The notes under the pieces were generated by a model. That model saw only the letters and a list, made by a program, of their open reading frames with translations, searched no databases and was not told where the DNA came from. From contig OZ024741.1 of NCBI GenBank assembly GCA_964016885.1, positions 258,726,001 to 258,790,000 of the forward strand: a stretch of 64,000 nucleotides of DNA, read 5' to 3'. The position numbers were made by a program, and so were the translations under genes. Positions 48,801 to 60,170 of the stretch are shown piece by piece (the stretch's first letter is position 1; each line of letters begins with the position of its first letter). Source of the stretch: Eledone cirrhosa. Its lineage: Eukaryota.

Positions 48801-50990
48801 TGTCAGTGCCAGTGTTGTTGTAGTTGTTGCTGTTTTCTCTGTCAGTGCCAGTGTTGTTGTAGTTGTTGCTGTTTTCTGTGTCAGTGCCAGTGTTGTTGTT
48901 GCTGTTTTCTCTGTCAGTGCCAGTGTTGTTGTAGTTGTTGCTGTTTTCTCTGTCAGTGTCAGTTTTGTTTTAGTTGTTGCTGTTTTCTGTGTCAGTGCCA
49001 GTGTTGTTGTAGTTGTTGCTGTTTTCTTTGTCAGTGCCAGTGTTGTTGTTGTTGCTGTTTTCTCTGTCAGTGCCAGTGTTGTTGTTGTTGCTGTTTTCTG
49101 TGTCAGTGCCAGTGTTGTTGTAGTTGTTGCTGTTTTCTGTGTCAGTGCCAGTGTTGTTATAGTTGTTGCTGTTTTCTCTGTCAGTGACAGTGTTGTTGTA
49201 GTTGTTGCTGTTTTCTCTGTCAGTGCCAGTGTTGTTGCAGTTGTTGCTGTTTTCTGTGTCAGTGCCAGTGTTTTTGTTGTTGCTGTTTTCTCTGTCAGTG
49301 CCAGTGTTGTAGTTGTTGCTGTTTTCTCTGTCAGTGCCAGTGTTGTTGTAATTGTTGCTGTTTTCTGTGTCAGTGCCAGTGTTGTTGCTGTTGTTGCTGT
49401 TTTCTGTGTCAGTGTCAGTGTTGTTGTTGTTGCTGTTTTCTGTGTCAGTGCCAGTGTTGTTGTTGCTATTTTCACTGTCAGTGCCAGTGTTGTTGTAGTT
49501 GTTGCTGTTTTCTGTGTCAGTGCCAGTGTTGTTGTTGTTGCTGTTTTCTCTGTCAGTGCCAGTGTTGTTGTAGCTGTTGCTGTTTTCTGTGTCAGTGCCA
49601 GTGTTGTTGTAGTTGTTGCTGTTTACTGTGTCAGTGCCAGTGTTGTTGTAGTTGTTGCTCTTTTCTCTGTCAGTGCCAGTGTTGTTGTAGTTGTTGCTGT
49701 TTTCTCTGTCAGTGCCAGTGTTGTTGTAGTTGTTGCTGTTTTCTGTGTCAGTGCCAGTGTTGTTGCTGTTGTTGTTTTCTCTGTCAGTGCCAGTGTTTTT
49801 GTAGTTGTTGCTGTTTCTCTGTCAGTGCCAGTGTTGTTGTAGTTGTTGCTGTTTTCTGTGTCAGTGCCAGTGTTGTTGTAGTTGTTGCTGTTTTCTCTGT
49901 CAGTGCCAGTGTTGTTGTTGTTGTTGCTGTTTTCTCTGTCAGTGCCAGTGTTGTAGTTGTTGCTGTTTTCTCTGTCAGTGCCAGTGTTGTTGTAGTTGTT
50001 GCTGTTTTCTGTGTCAGTGCCAGTGTTGTTGTTGTTGCTGTTTTCTGTGTCAGTGCCAGTGTTGTTGTTGTTGCTATTTTCACTGTCAGTGCCAGTGTTG
50101 TTGCTGTTGCTGTTTTCTCTGTCAGTGCCAGTGATGTTGTAGTTGTTGCTGTTTTCTGTGTTAGTGCCAGTGTTGTTGTAGTTGTTGCTGTTTTCTGTGT
50201 CAGTGCCAGTGTTGTTGTTGTTGTTGCTGTTTTCTCTGTCAGTGCCAGTGTTGTTGTAGTTGTTGCTGCTTTCTCTGTCAGTGCCAGTGTTGTTGTAGTT
50301 GCTGCTGTTTTCTGTGTCAGTGCCAGTGTTGTTGTTGTTGCTGTTTTCTCTGTCAGTGCCAGTGTTGTTGTAATTGTTGCTGTTTTCTGTGTCAGTGCCA
50401 CTGTTGTTGTTGCTGTTTTCTGTGTCAGTGCCAGTGTTGTTGTTGTTGCTGTTTTCTCTGTCAGTGCCAGTGTTGTTGTTGCTGTTTTCTCTGTCAGTGC
50501 CAGTGTTGTTGTTGTTGCTGTTTTCTGTGTCAGTGCCATTGTTATTGCTGTTGTTGCTGTTTTCTGTGTCAGTGCCAGTGTTGTTGTTGCTGTTGTTGCT
50601 GTTTTATGTGTCAGTGCCAGTGTTGTTGCTGTTGCTGTTTTCTCTGTCAGTGCCAGTGTTGTTGTAGTTGTTGCTGTTTTCTCTGTCAGTGCCAGTGTTG
50701 TAGTTGTTGCTGTTTTCTGTGTCAGTGCCAGTGTTGTTGTTGTTGCTGTTTTCTCTGTCAGTGCCAGTGTTGTTGTAGTTGTTGCTGTTTTCTCTGTCAG
50801 TGCCAGCGTTGTTGTAGTTGTTGCTGTTTTCTGTGTCAGTACCGGTGTTGTTGTTGTTGCTGTTTTCTCTGTCAGTACCAGTGTTGTTGTTGTTGCTGTT
50901 TTCTCTGTCAGTGCCAGTGTTGTTGTTGTTGCTGTTTTCTGTGTCAGTGCCAGTGTTGTTGTTGTTGCTGTTTTCTGTGTCAGTGCCAGT
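36866..50990. repeat. Copy B of ~15-kb higher-order tandem duplication
   Basis: Sequence from ~36856 matches sequence from ~21841. Similarity to the end of copy A breaks down at ~50998 (vs ~36878). Private variants are shared, e.g. TTGTTTGTTG at 29721/44801 and AGTACTAGT at 28211/43291. Confidence 0.92.
41770..43290. repeat. 737-bp tandem duplication present only in copy B
   Basis: ORFs 42295/43032 are +737. GCCAGTACCAGT plus the 1-bp deletion monomer occurs twice (~42432-42470 and ~43168-43207) but only once in copy A (~28088-28127). Confidence 0.85.
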
Positions 50991-52019
50991 GTTGTTGTAG
51001 TTGTTGCTGTTTTCTGTGTCAGTGCCAGTGTTGTTTTAGTTGTTGCTGTTTTCTGTGTCAGTGCCAGTGTTGTTTTAGTTGTTGCTGTTTTCTCTGTCAG
51101 TGCCAGTGTTGTTGTAGTTGTTGCTGTTTTCTGTGTCAGTGCCAGTGTTGTTGTAGTTGTTGCTGTTTTCTCTGTGAGTGCCAGTGTTGTAGTTGTTGCT
51201 GTTTTCTCTGTCAGTGCCAGTGTTGTTGTAGTTGTTGCTGTTTTCTGTGTCAGTGCCAGTGTTGTTGTTGCTGTTTTCTCTGTCAGTGCCAGTGTTGTTG
51301 TAGTTGTTGCTGTTTTCTGTGTCATTGCCAGTGTTGTTGTAGTTGTTGCAGTTTTCTCTGTCAGTGCCAGTGTTGTTGTTGTTACTGTTGCTGTTTTCTG
51401 TGTCAGTGCCAGTCTTGTTGTTGTTACTGTTGCTGTTTTCTGTGCCAGTGCCAGTGTTATTGTTGCTGTTGTTGCTGTTTTCTGTGTCAGTGCCACTGTT
51501 GTTGCTGTTTTCTGTGTCAGTGCCAGTGTTGTTGTTGCTGTTGTTGCTGTTTTCTGTGTCAGTGCCAGTGTTGTTGTTGCTGTTTTCCGTGCCAGTGTTG
51601 TTGTAGTTGTTGCTGTTTTCTGTGTCAGTGCCAGTGTTCTTGCTGTTGCTGTTTTCTGTGTCAGTGCCAGTGTTGTTGTAGTTGTTGCTGTTTTCTCTGT
51701 CAGTGCCAGTTTTGTTGTAGTTGTTGCTGTTTTCTGTATCAGTGCCAGTGTTGTTGTAGTTGTTGCTGTTTTCTCTGTCAGTGCCAGTGTTCTTGCTGTT
51801 GCTGTTTTCTGTGTCAGTGCCAGTGTTGTTGTTGTTACTGTTGCTGTTTTCTGTGTCAGTTCCAGTGTTGTTGTTGTTGTTGCTGTTGCTGTTTTCTGTG
51901 CCAGTGCCAGTGTTATTGTTGCTGTTGTTGCTGTTTCTCTGTCAGTGCCAGTGTTGTTGTAGTTGTTGATGTTTTCTCTGTCAGTGCCAGTGTTGTAGTT
52001 GTTGCTGTTTTCTGTGTCA

Positions 52020-55000
52020 GTGCCAGTGTTGTTGTAGTTGTTGCTGTTTTCTCTGTCAGTGCCAGTGTTGTTGTTGTTACTGCTTACTCTGTCAGTTCCA
52101 GTGTTGTAGTTGTTGCTGTTTTCTCTGTCAGTGCCAGTGTTGTTGTAGTTGTTGCTGTTTTCTGTGTCAGTGTCAGTGTTGTTGTTGTTGCTGTTTTCTG
52201 TGTCAGTGCCAGTGTTGTTGTTGTTGCTGTTTTCTCTGTCAGTGCCAGTGTTGTTGTTGTTGCTGTTTTCTGTGTCAGTGCCAGTGTTGTTGTTGTTGCT
52301 GTTTTCTGTGTCAGTGCCAGTGTTGTTGTTGTTGCTGTTTTCTGTGTCAGTGCCAGTGTTGTTGTTGTTACTGTTGCTGTTTTCTGTGTCAGTTCCAGTG
52401 TTGCTGTTGCTGTTTTCTATGCCAGTGCCAGTGTTATTGTTGCTGTTGTTGCTGTTTTCTGTGTCAGTGCCACGGTTGTTGTTGCTGTTGTTGCTGTTTT
52501 TTGTGTCAGTGCCAGTGTTGTTGTTGCTGTTGTTGCTGTTTTCTGTGTCAGTGCCAGTGTTGTTGTTGCTGTTGTTGCTGTTTTCCGTGCCAGTGTTGTT
52601 GTAGTTGTTGCTGTTTTCTGTGTCAGTGCCAGTGTTGTTGTAGTTGTTGCTGTTTTCTGTGTCAGTGCCAGTGTTGTTGTAGTTGTTGCTGTTTTCTTTG
52701 TCAGTGCCAGTGTTGTTGTAGTTGTTGCTGTTTTCTCTGTCAGTGCCAGTGTTGTTGTAGTTGTTGCTGTTTTCTGTGTCAGTGCCAGTGTTGTTGCTGT
52801 TGCTGTTTTCTCTGTCAGTGCCAGTGTTGTTGTAGTTGTTGCTGTTTTCTCTGTCAGTGCCAGTGTTGTTGTTGTTGCTGTTTTCTCTTTCAGTGCCAGT
52901 GTTGTGGTAGTTGTTGCTGTTTTCTCTGTCAGTGCCAGTGTTGTTGTAGTTGTTGCTGTTTTCTGTGTCAGTGCCAGTGTTGTTGCTGTTGTTGCTGTTT
53001 TCTGTGTCAGTGCCAGTGTTGTTGTTGCTGTTTTCTCTGTCAGTGCCAGTGTTTTTGTTGTTGCTGTTTTCTGTGTCAGTGCCAGTGTTGTTGTTGTTGC
53101 TGTTTTCTCTGTCAGTGCCAGTGTTGTTGTTGCTGTTTACACTGTCAGTGCCAGTGTTGTTGTTGTTGCTGTTTTCTGTGTCAGTGCCAGTGTTGTTGTA
53201 GTTGTTGCTGTTTTCTCTGTCAGTGCCAGTGTTATTGTAGTTGTTGCTGTTTTCTGTGTCAGTACCGGTGTTGTTGTTGTTGCTGTTTTCTCTGTCAGTG
53301 CCAGTGTTGTTGTTGTTGCTGTTTTCTGTGTCAGTGCCAGTGTTGTTGTAGTTGTTGCTGTTTTCTCTGTCAGTGCCAGTGTTGTTGTAGTTGTTGCTGT
53401 TTTCTGTGTCAGTGCCAGTGTTGTTGTAGTTGTTGCTGTTTTCTCTGTCAGTGCCAGTGTTGTTGTAGTTGTTGCTGTTTTCTCTGTCAATGCCAGTGTT
53501 GTTGTAGTTGTTGCTGTTTTCTCTGCCAGTGCCAGTGTTGTTGTAGTTGTTGCTGTTTTCTGTGTCAGTGCCAGTGTTGTTGCTGTTGCTGTTTTCTCTG
53601 TCAGTGCCAGTGTTGTTGTTGTTGCTGTTTTCTGTGTCAGTGCCAGTGTTGTTGTAGTTGTTGCTGTTTTCTCTGTCAGTGCCAGTGTTGTTGTAGTTGT
53701 TGCTGTCTTCTGTGTCAGTGCCAGTGTTGTTGTAGTTGTTGCTGTTTTCTCTGTCAGTGCCAGTGTTGTTGTAGTTGTTGCTGTTTTCTCTGTCAGTGCC
53801 AGTGTTGTTGTAGTTGTTGCTGTTTTCTCTGTCAGTGCCAGTGTTGTTGTAGTTGTTGCTGTTTTCTGTGTCAGTGCCAGTGTTGTAGTTGTTGCTGTTT
53901 TCTGTGTCAGTGCCAGTGTTGTTGTAGTTGTTGCTGTTTTCTCTGTCAGTGCCAGTGTTGTTGTAGTTGTTGCTGTTTTCTCTGTCAGTGCCAGTGTTGT
54001 TGTAGTTGTTGCTGTTTTCTGTGTCAGTGCCAGTGTTGTTGTTGCTGTTTTCTCTGTCAGTGCCAGTGTTGTTGTAGTTGTTGCTGTTTTCTGTGTCAGT
54101 GCCAGTGTTGTTGTAGTTGTTGCTGTTTTCTGTGTCAGTGCCAGTGTTGTTGTAGTTGTTGCTGTTTTCTCTGTCAGTGCCAGTGTTGTTGTAGTTGTTG
54201 CTGTTTTCTCTGTCAGTGCCAGTGTTGTTGTAGTTGTTGTTGTTTTCTGTGTCAGTGCCAGTGTTGTTGCTGTTGCTGTTTTCTCTGTCAGTGCCAGTGT
54301 TGTTGTAGTTGTTGCTGTTTTCTCTGTCAGTGCCAGTGTTGTTGTAGTTGTTGCTGTTTTCTGTGTCAGTGCCAGTGTTGTTGTTGTTGCTGTTTTCTCT
54401 GTCAGTGTCAGTGTTGTTGTAGTTGTTGCTGTTTTCTCTGTCAGTGCCAGTGTTGTTGTAGTTGTTGCTGTTTTCTGTGTCAGTGCCAGTGTTGTTGCTG
54501 TTGTTGCTGTTTTCTGTGTCAGTGCCAGTGTTGTTGTTGCTGTTTTCTCTGTCAGTGCCAGTGTTTTTGTTGTTGCTGTTTTCTGTGTCAGTGCCAGTGT
54601 TGTTCTAGTTGTTGCTGTTTTCTGTGCCAGTGCCAGTGTTGTTGTAGTTGTTGCTGTTTTCTCTGTCAGTGCCAGTGTTGTGGTAGTTGTTGCTGTTTTC
54701 TCTGTCAGTGCCAGTGTTGTTGTAGTTGTTGCTGTTTTCTGTGTCAGTGCCAGTGTTGTTGTTGTTGCTGTTTTCTCTGTCAGTGCCAGTGTTGTTGTAG
54801 TTATTGCTGTTTTCTGTGTCAGTGCCACTGTTGTTGTTGCTGTTTTCTGTGTCAGTGCCAGTGTTGTTGTAGTTGTTGCTGTTTTCTCTGTCAGTGCCAG
54901 TGTTGTTGTTGTTACTGCTTACTCTGTCAGTTCCAGTGTTGTAGTTGTTGCTGTTTTCTCTGTCAGTGCCAGTGTTGTTGTAGTTGTTGCTGTTTTCTGT

Positions 55001-57180
55001 GTCAGTGTCAGTGTTGTTGTTGTTGCTGTTTTCTGTGTCAGTGCCAGTGTTGTTGTTGTTGCTGTTTTCTCTGTCAGTGCCAGTGTTGTTGTTGTTGCTG
55101 TTTTCTGTGTCAGTGCCAGTGTTGTTGTTGTTGCTGTTTTCTGTGTCAGTGCCAGTGTTGTTGTTGTTGCTGTTTTCTGTGTCAGTGCCAGTGTTGTTGT
55201 TGTTACTGTTGCTGTTTTCTGTGTCAGTTCCAGTGTTGCTGTTGCTGTTTTCTATTCCAGTGCCAGTGTTATTGTTGCTGTTGTTGCTGTTTTCTGTGTC
55301 AGTGCCACGGTTGTTGTTGCTGTTGTTGCTGTTTTCTGTGTCAGTGCCAGTGTTTTTGTTGCTGTTGTTGCTGTTTTCTGTGTCAGTGCCAGTGTTGTTG
55401 TTGCTGTTGTTGCTGTTTTCCGTGCCAGTGTTGTTGTAGTTGTTGCTGTTTTCTGTGTCAGTGCCAGTGTTGTTGTAGTTGTTGCTGTTTTCTGTGTCAG
55501 TGCCAGTGTTGTTGTAGTTGTTGCTGTTTTCTTTGTCAGTGCCAGTGTTGTTGTAGTTGTTGCTGTTTTCTCTGTCAGTGCCAGTGTTGTTGTAGTTGTT
55601 GCTGTTTTCTGTGTCAGTGCCAGTGTTGTTGCTGTTGTTGCTGTTTTCTGTGTCAGTGCCATTGTTGTTGTTGCTGTTTTCTCTGTCAGTGCCAGTGTTT
55701 TTGTTGTTGCTGTTTTCTGTGTCAGTGCCAGTGTTATTGTTGTTGCTGTTTTCTCTGTCAGTGCCAGTGTTGTTGTTGCTGTTTACACTGTCAGTGCCAG
55801 TGTTGTTGTTGTTGCTGTTTTCTGTGTCAGTGCCAGTGTTGTTGTAGTTGTTGCTGTTTTCTCTGTCAGTGCCAGTGTTATTGTAGTTGTTGCTGTTTTC
55901 TGTGTCAGTACCGGTGTTGTTGTTGTTGCTGTTTTCTCTGTCAGTGCCAGTGTTGTTGTTGTTGCTGTTTTCTGTGTCAGTGCCAGTGTTGCTGTAGTTG
56001 TTGCTGTTTTCTCTGTCAGTGCCAGTGTTGTTGTAGTTGTTGCTGTTTTCTGTGTCAGTGCCAGTGTTGTTGTAGTTGTTGCTGTTTTCTCTGTCAGTGC
56101 CAGTGTTGTTGTAGTTGTTGCTGTTTTCTCTGTCAGTGCCAGTGTTGTTGTAGTTGTTGCTGTTTTCTCTGTCAGTGCCAGTGTTGTTGTAGTTGTTGCT
56201 GTTTTCTGTGTCAGTGCCAGTGTTGTAGTTGTTGCTGTTTTCTGTGTCAGTGCCAGTGTTGTTGTAGTTGTTGCTGTTTTCTCTGTCAGTGCCACTGTTG
56301 TTGTAGTTGTTGCTGTTTTCTCTGTCAGTGCCAGTGTTGTTGTAGTTGTTGCTGTTTTCTGTGTCAGTGCCAGTGTTGTTGTTGCTGTTTTCTCTGTCAG
56401 TGCCAGTGTTGTTGTAGTTGTTGCTGTTTTCTGTGTCAGTGCCAGTGTTGTTGTTGTTGTTGCTGTTTTCTGTGTCAGTGCCAGTGTTGTTGTAGTTGTT
56501 GCTGTTTTCTCTGTCAGTGCCAGTGTTGTTGTAGTTGTTGCTGTTTTCTCTGTCAGTGCCAGTGTTGTTGTAGTTGTTGTTGTTTTCTGTGTCAGTGCCA
56601 GTGTTGTTGCTGTTGCTGTTTTCTCTGTCAGTGCCAGTGTTGTTGTAGTTGTTGCTGTTTTCTCTGTCAGTGCCAGTGTTGTTGTAGTTGTTGCTGTTTT
56701 CTGTGTCAGTGCCAGTGTTGTTGTTGTTGCTGTTTTCTCTGTCAGTGCCAGTGTTGTTGTAGTTGTTGCTGTTTTCTCTGTCAGTGCCAGTGTTGTTGTA
56801 GTTGTTGCTGTTTTCTGTGTCAGTGCCAGTGTTGTTGCTGTTGTTGCTGTTTTCTGTGTCAGTGCCAGTGTTGTTGTTGCTGTTTTCTCTGTCAGTGCCA
56901 GTGTTTTTGTTGTTGCTGTTTTCTGTGTCAGTGCCAGTGTTGTTCTAGTTGTTGCTGTTTTCTGTGCCAGTGCCAGTGTTGTTGTAGTTGTTGCTGTTTT
57001 CTCTGTCAGTGCCAGTGTTGTTGTAGTTGTTGCTGTTTTCTCTGTCAGTGCCAGTGTTGTTGTAGTTGTTGCTGTTTTCTGTGTCAGTGCAAGTGTTGTT
57101 GTTGTTGCTGTTTTCTCTGTCAGTGCCAGTGTTGTTGTAGTTATTGCTGTTTTCTGTGTCAGTGCCACTGTTGTTGTTGC
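52020..57180. repeat. ~2.8-kb tandem duplication with internal monomer gains/losses
   Basis: ACTGCTTACTCT at ~52079/~54914 (+2835), GTTTACACTG at ~53135/~55781 (+2646), GTTCTAGTT at ~54602/~56942 (+2340). Confidence 0.83.
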
Positions 57181-59169
57181 TGTTTTCTCTGTCAGTGCCA
57201 GTGTTGTTGTTGTTGCTGTTTTCTGTGTCAGTGCCATTGTTATTGCTGTTGTTGCTGTTTTCTGTGTCAGTGCCAGTGTTGTTGTTGCTGTTGTTGCTGT
57301 TTTCTGTGTCAGTGCCAGTGTTGTTGCTGTTGCTGTTTTCTCTGTCAGTGCCAGTGTTGTTGTAGTTGTTGCTGTTTTCTCTGTCAGTGCCAGTGTTGTT
57401 GTAGTTGTTGCTGTTTTCTGTGTCAGTGCCACTGTTGTTGTTGCTGTTTTCTGTGTCTGTGCCAGTGTTGTTGTTGTTGCTGTTTTCTCTGTCAGTGCCA
57501 GTGTTGTTGTTGCTGTTTTCTCTGTCAGTGCCAGTGTTGTTGTTGTTGCTGTTTTCTGTGTCAGTGCCAGTGTTGTTGTAGTTGTTGCTGTTTTCTGTGT
57601 CAGTGCCAGTGTTGTTGTAGTTGTTGCTGTTTTCTCTGTGAGTGCCAGTGTTGTTGTAGTTGTTGCTGTTTTCTCTGTCAGTGCCAGTGTTGTTGTAGTT
57701 GTTGCTGTTTTCTGTGTCAGTGCCAGTGTTGTTGTTGTTGTTGCTGTTTTCTCTGTCAGTGCCACTGTTGTTGTAGTTGTTGCTGTTTTCTCTGTCAGTG
57801 CCAGTTTTGTTGTAGTTGTTGCTGTTTTCTGTGTCAGTGCCAGTGTTGTTGTAGTTGTTGCTGTTTTCTTTGTCAGTGCCAGTGTTGTTGTTGTTGCTGT
57901 TTTCTCTGTCAGTGCCAGTGTTGTAGTTGTTGCTGTTTTCTCTGTCAGTGCCAGTGTTGTTGTTGCTGTTTTCTCTGTCAGTACCAGTGTTGTTGTTGTT
58001 GCTATTTTCACTGTCAGTGCCAGTGTTGTTGTTGTTGTTATTTTCACTGTCAGTGCCAGTGTTGTTGTTGTTACTGTTGCTGTTTTCTGTGTCAGTGCCA
58101 GTGTTGTTGTTGTTACTGTTGCTGTTTTCTGTGCCAGTGCCAGTGTTATTGTTGCTGTTTTCTGTGTCAGTGTCAGTGTTGTTGTTGTTGCTGTTTTCTG
58201 TGTCAGTGCCAGTGTTGTTGTTGTTGCTGTTTTCTCTGTCAGTGCCAGTGTTGTTGCTGTTGCTATTTTCACTGTCAGTGCCAGTGTTGCTGTTGTTGCT
58301 GTTTTCTCTGTCAGTGCCAGTGTTGTTGTAGTTGTTGCTGTTTTCTCTGTCAGTGCCAGTGTTGTTGTAGTTGTTGCTGTTTTCTGTGTCAGTGCCAGTG
58401 TTGTTGCTGTTGTTGCTGTTTTCTGTGTCAGTGCCAGTGTTGTTGTTGCTGTTTTCTCTGTCAGTGCCAGTGTTTTTGTTGTTGCTGTTTTCTGTGTCAG
58501 TGCCAGTGTTGTTCTAGTTGTTGCTGTTTTCTGTGCCAGTGGCAGTGTTGTTGTAGTTGTTGCTGTTTTCTCTGTCAGTGCCAGTGTTGTTGTAGTTGTT
58601 GCTGTTTTCTCTGTCAGTGCCAGTGTTGTTGTAGTTGTTGCTGTTTTCTGTGTCAGTGCCAGTGTTGTTGTTGATGTTTTCTCTGTCAGTGCCAGTGTTG
58701 TTGTAGTTATTGCTGTTTTCTGTGTCAGTGCCACTGTTGTTGTTGCTGTTTTCTCTGTCAGTGCCAGTGTTGTTGTTGTTGCTGTTTTCTGTGTCAGTGC
58801 CACTGTTGTTGTTGCTGTTTTCTGTGTCAGTGCCAGTGTTGCTGTTGTTGCTGTTTTCTGTGTCAGTGCCAGTGTTGTTGCTGTTGCTGTTTTCTCTGTC
58901 AGTGCCAGTGTTGTTGTAGTTGTTGCTGTTTTCTCTGTCAGTGCCAGTGTTGTTGTAGTTGTTGCTGTTTTCTGTGTCAGTGCCACTGTTGTTGTTGCTG
59001 TTTTCTGTGTCTGTGCCAGTGTTGTTGTTGTTGCTGTTTTCTCTGTCAGTGCCAGTGTTGTTGTTGCTGTTTTCTGTGTCAGTGCCAGTGTTGTTGTAGT
59101 TGTTGCTGTTTTCTGTGTCAGTGCCAGTGTTGTTGTAGTTGTTGCTGTTTTCTGTGTCAGTGCCAGTGT

Positions 59170-60170
59170 TGTTGTAGTTGTTGCTGTTTTCTCTGTCAGT
59201 GCCAGTGTTGTTGTAGTTGTTGCTGTTTTCTCTGTCAGTGCCAGTGTTATTGTAGTTGTTGCTGTTTTCTGTGTCAGTACCGGTGTTGTTGTTGTTGCTG
59301 TTTTCTCTGTCAGTGCCAGTGTTGTTGTTGTTGCTGTTTTCTGTGTCAGTGCCAGTGTTGTTGTAGTTGTTGCTGTTTTCTGTGTCAGTGCCAGTGTTGT
59401 TGTAGTTGTTGCTGTTTTCTGTGTCAGTGCCAGTGTTGTTGTAGTTGTTGCTGTTTTCTCTGTCAGTGCCAGTGTTGTTGTAGTTGTTGCTGTTTTCTCT
59501 GTCAGTGCCAGTGTTGTTGTAGTTGTTGCTGTTTTCTGTGTCAGTGCCAGTGTTGTTGTAGTTGTTGCTGTTTTCTGTGTCAGTGCCAGTGTTGTTGTAG
59601 TTGTTGCTGTTTTCTCTGTCAGTGCCAGTGTTGTTGTAGTTGTTGCTGTTTTCTCTGTCAGTGCCAGTGTTGTTGTTGTTGCTGTTTTCTCTGTCAGTGC
59701 CAGTGTTGTTGTAGTTGTTGCTGTTTTCTCTGTCAGTGCCAGTGTTATTGTAGTTGTTGCTGTTTTCTGTGTCAGTACCGGTGTTGTTGTTGTTACTGTT
59801 TTCTCTGTCAGTGCCAGTGTTGTTGTTGTTGCTGTTTTCTGTGTCAGTGCCAGTGTTGTTGTAGTTGTTGCTGTTTTCTGTGTCAGTGCCAGTGTTGTTG
59901 TAGTTGTTGCTGTTTTCTGTGTCAGTGCCAGTGTTGTTGTAGTTGTTGCTGTTTTCTCTGTCAGTGCCAGTGTTGTTGTAGTTGTTGCTGTTTTCTCTGT
60001 CAGTGCCAGTGTTGTTGTAGTTGTTGCTGTTTTCTGTGTCAGTGCCAGTGTTGTTGTAGTTGTTGCTGTTTTCTGTGTCAGTGCCAGTGTTGTTGTAGTT
60101 GTTGCTGTTTTCTCTGTCAGTGCCAGTGTTGTTGTAGTTGTTGCTGTTTTCTCTGTCAGTGCCAGTGTTG
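59170..60170. repeat. ~498-bp tandem duplication
   Basis: The GTTATTGTAG monomer followed by the AGTACCGGT monomer occurs at ~59277 and ~59775, with a matching downstream G/C pattern. Confidence 0.7.
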
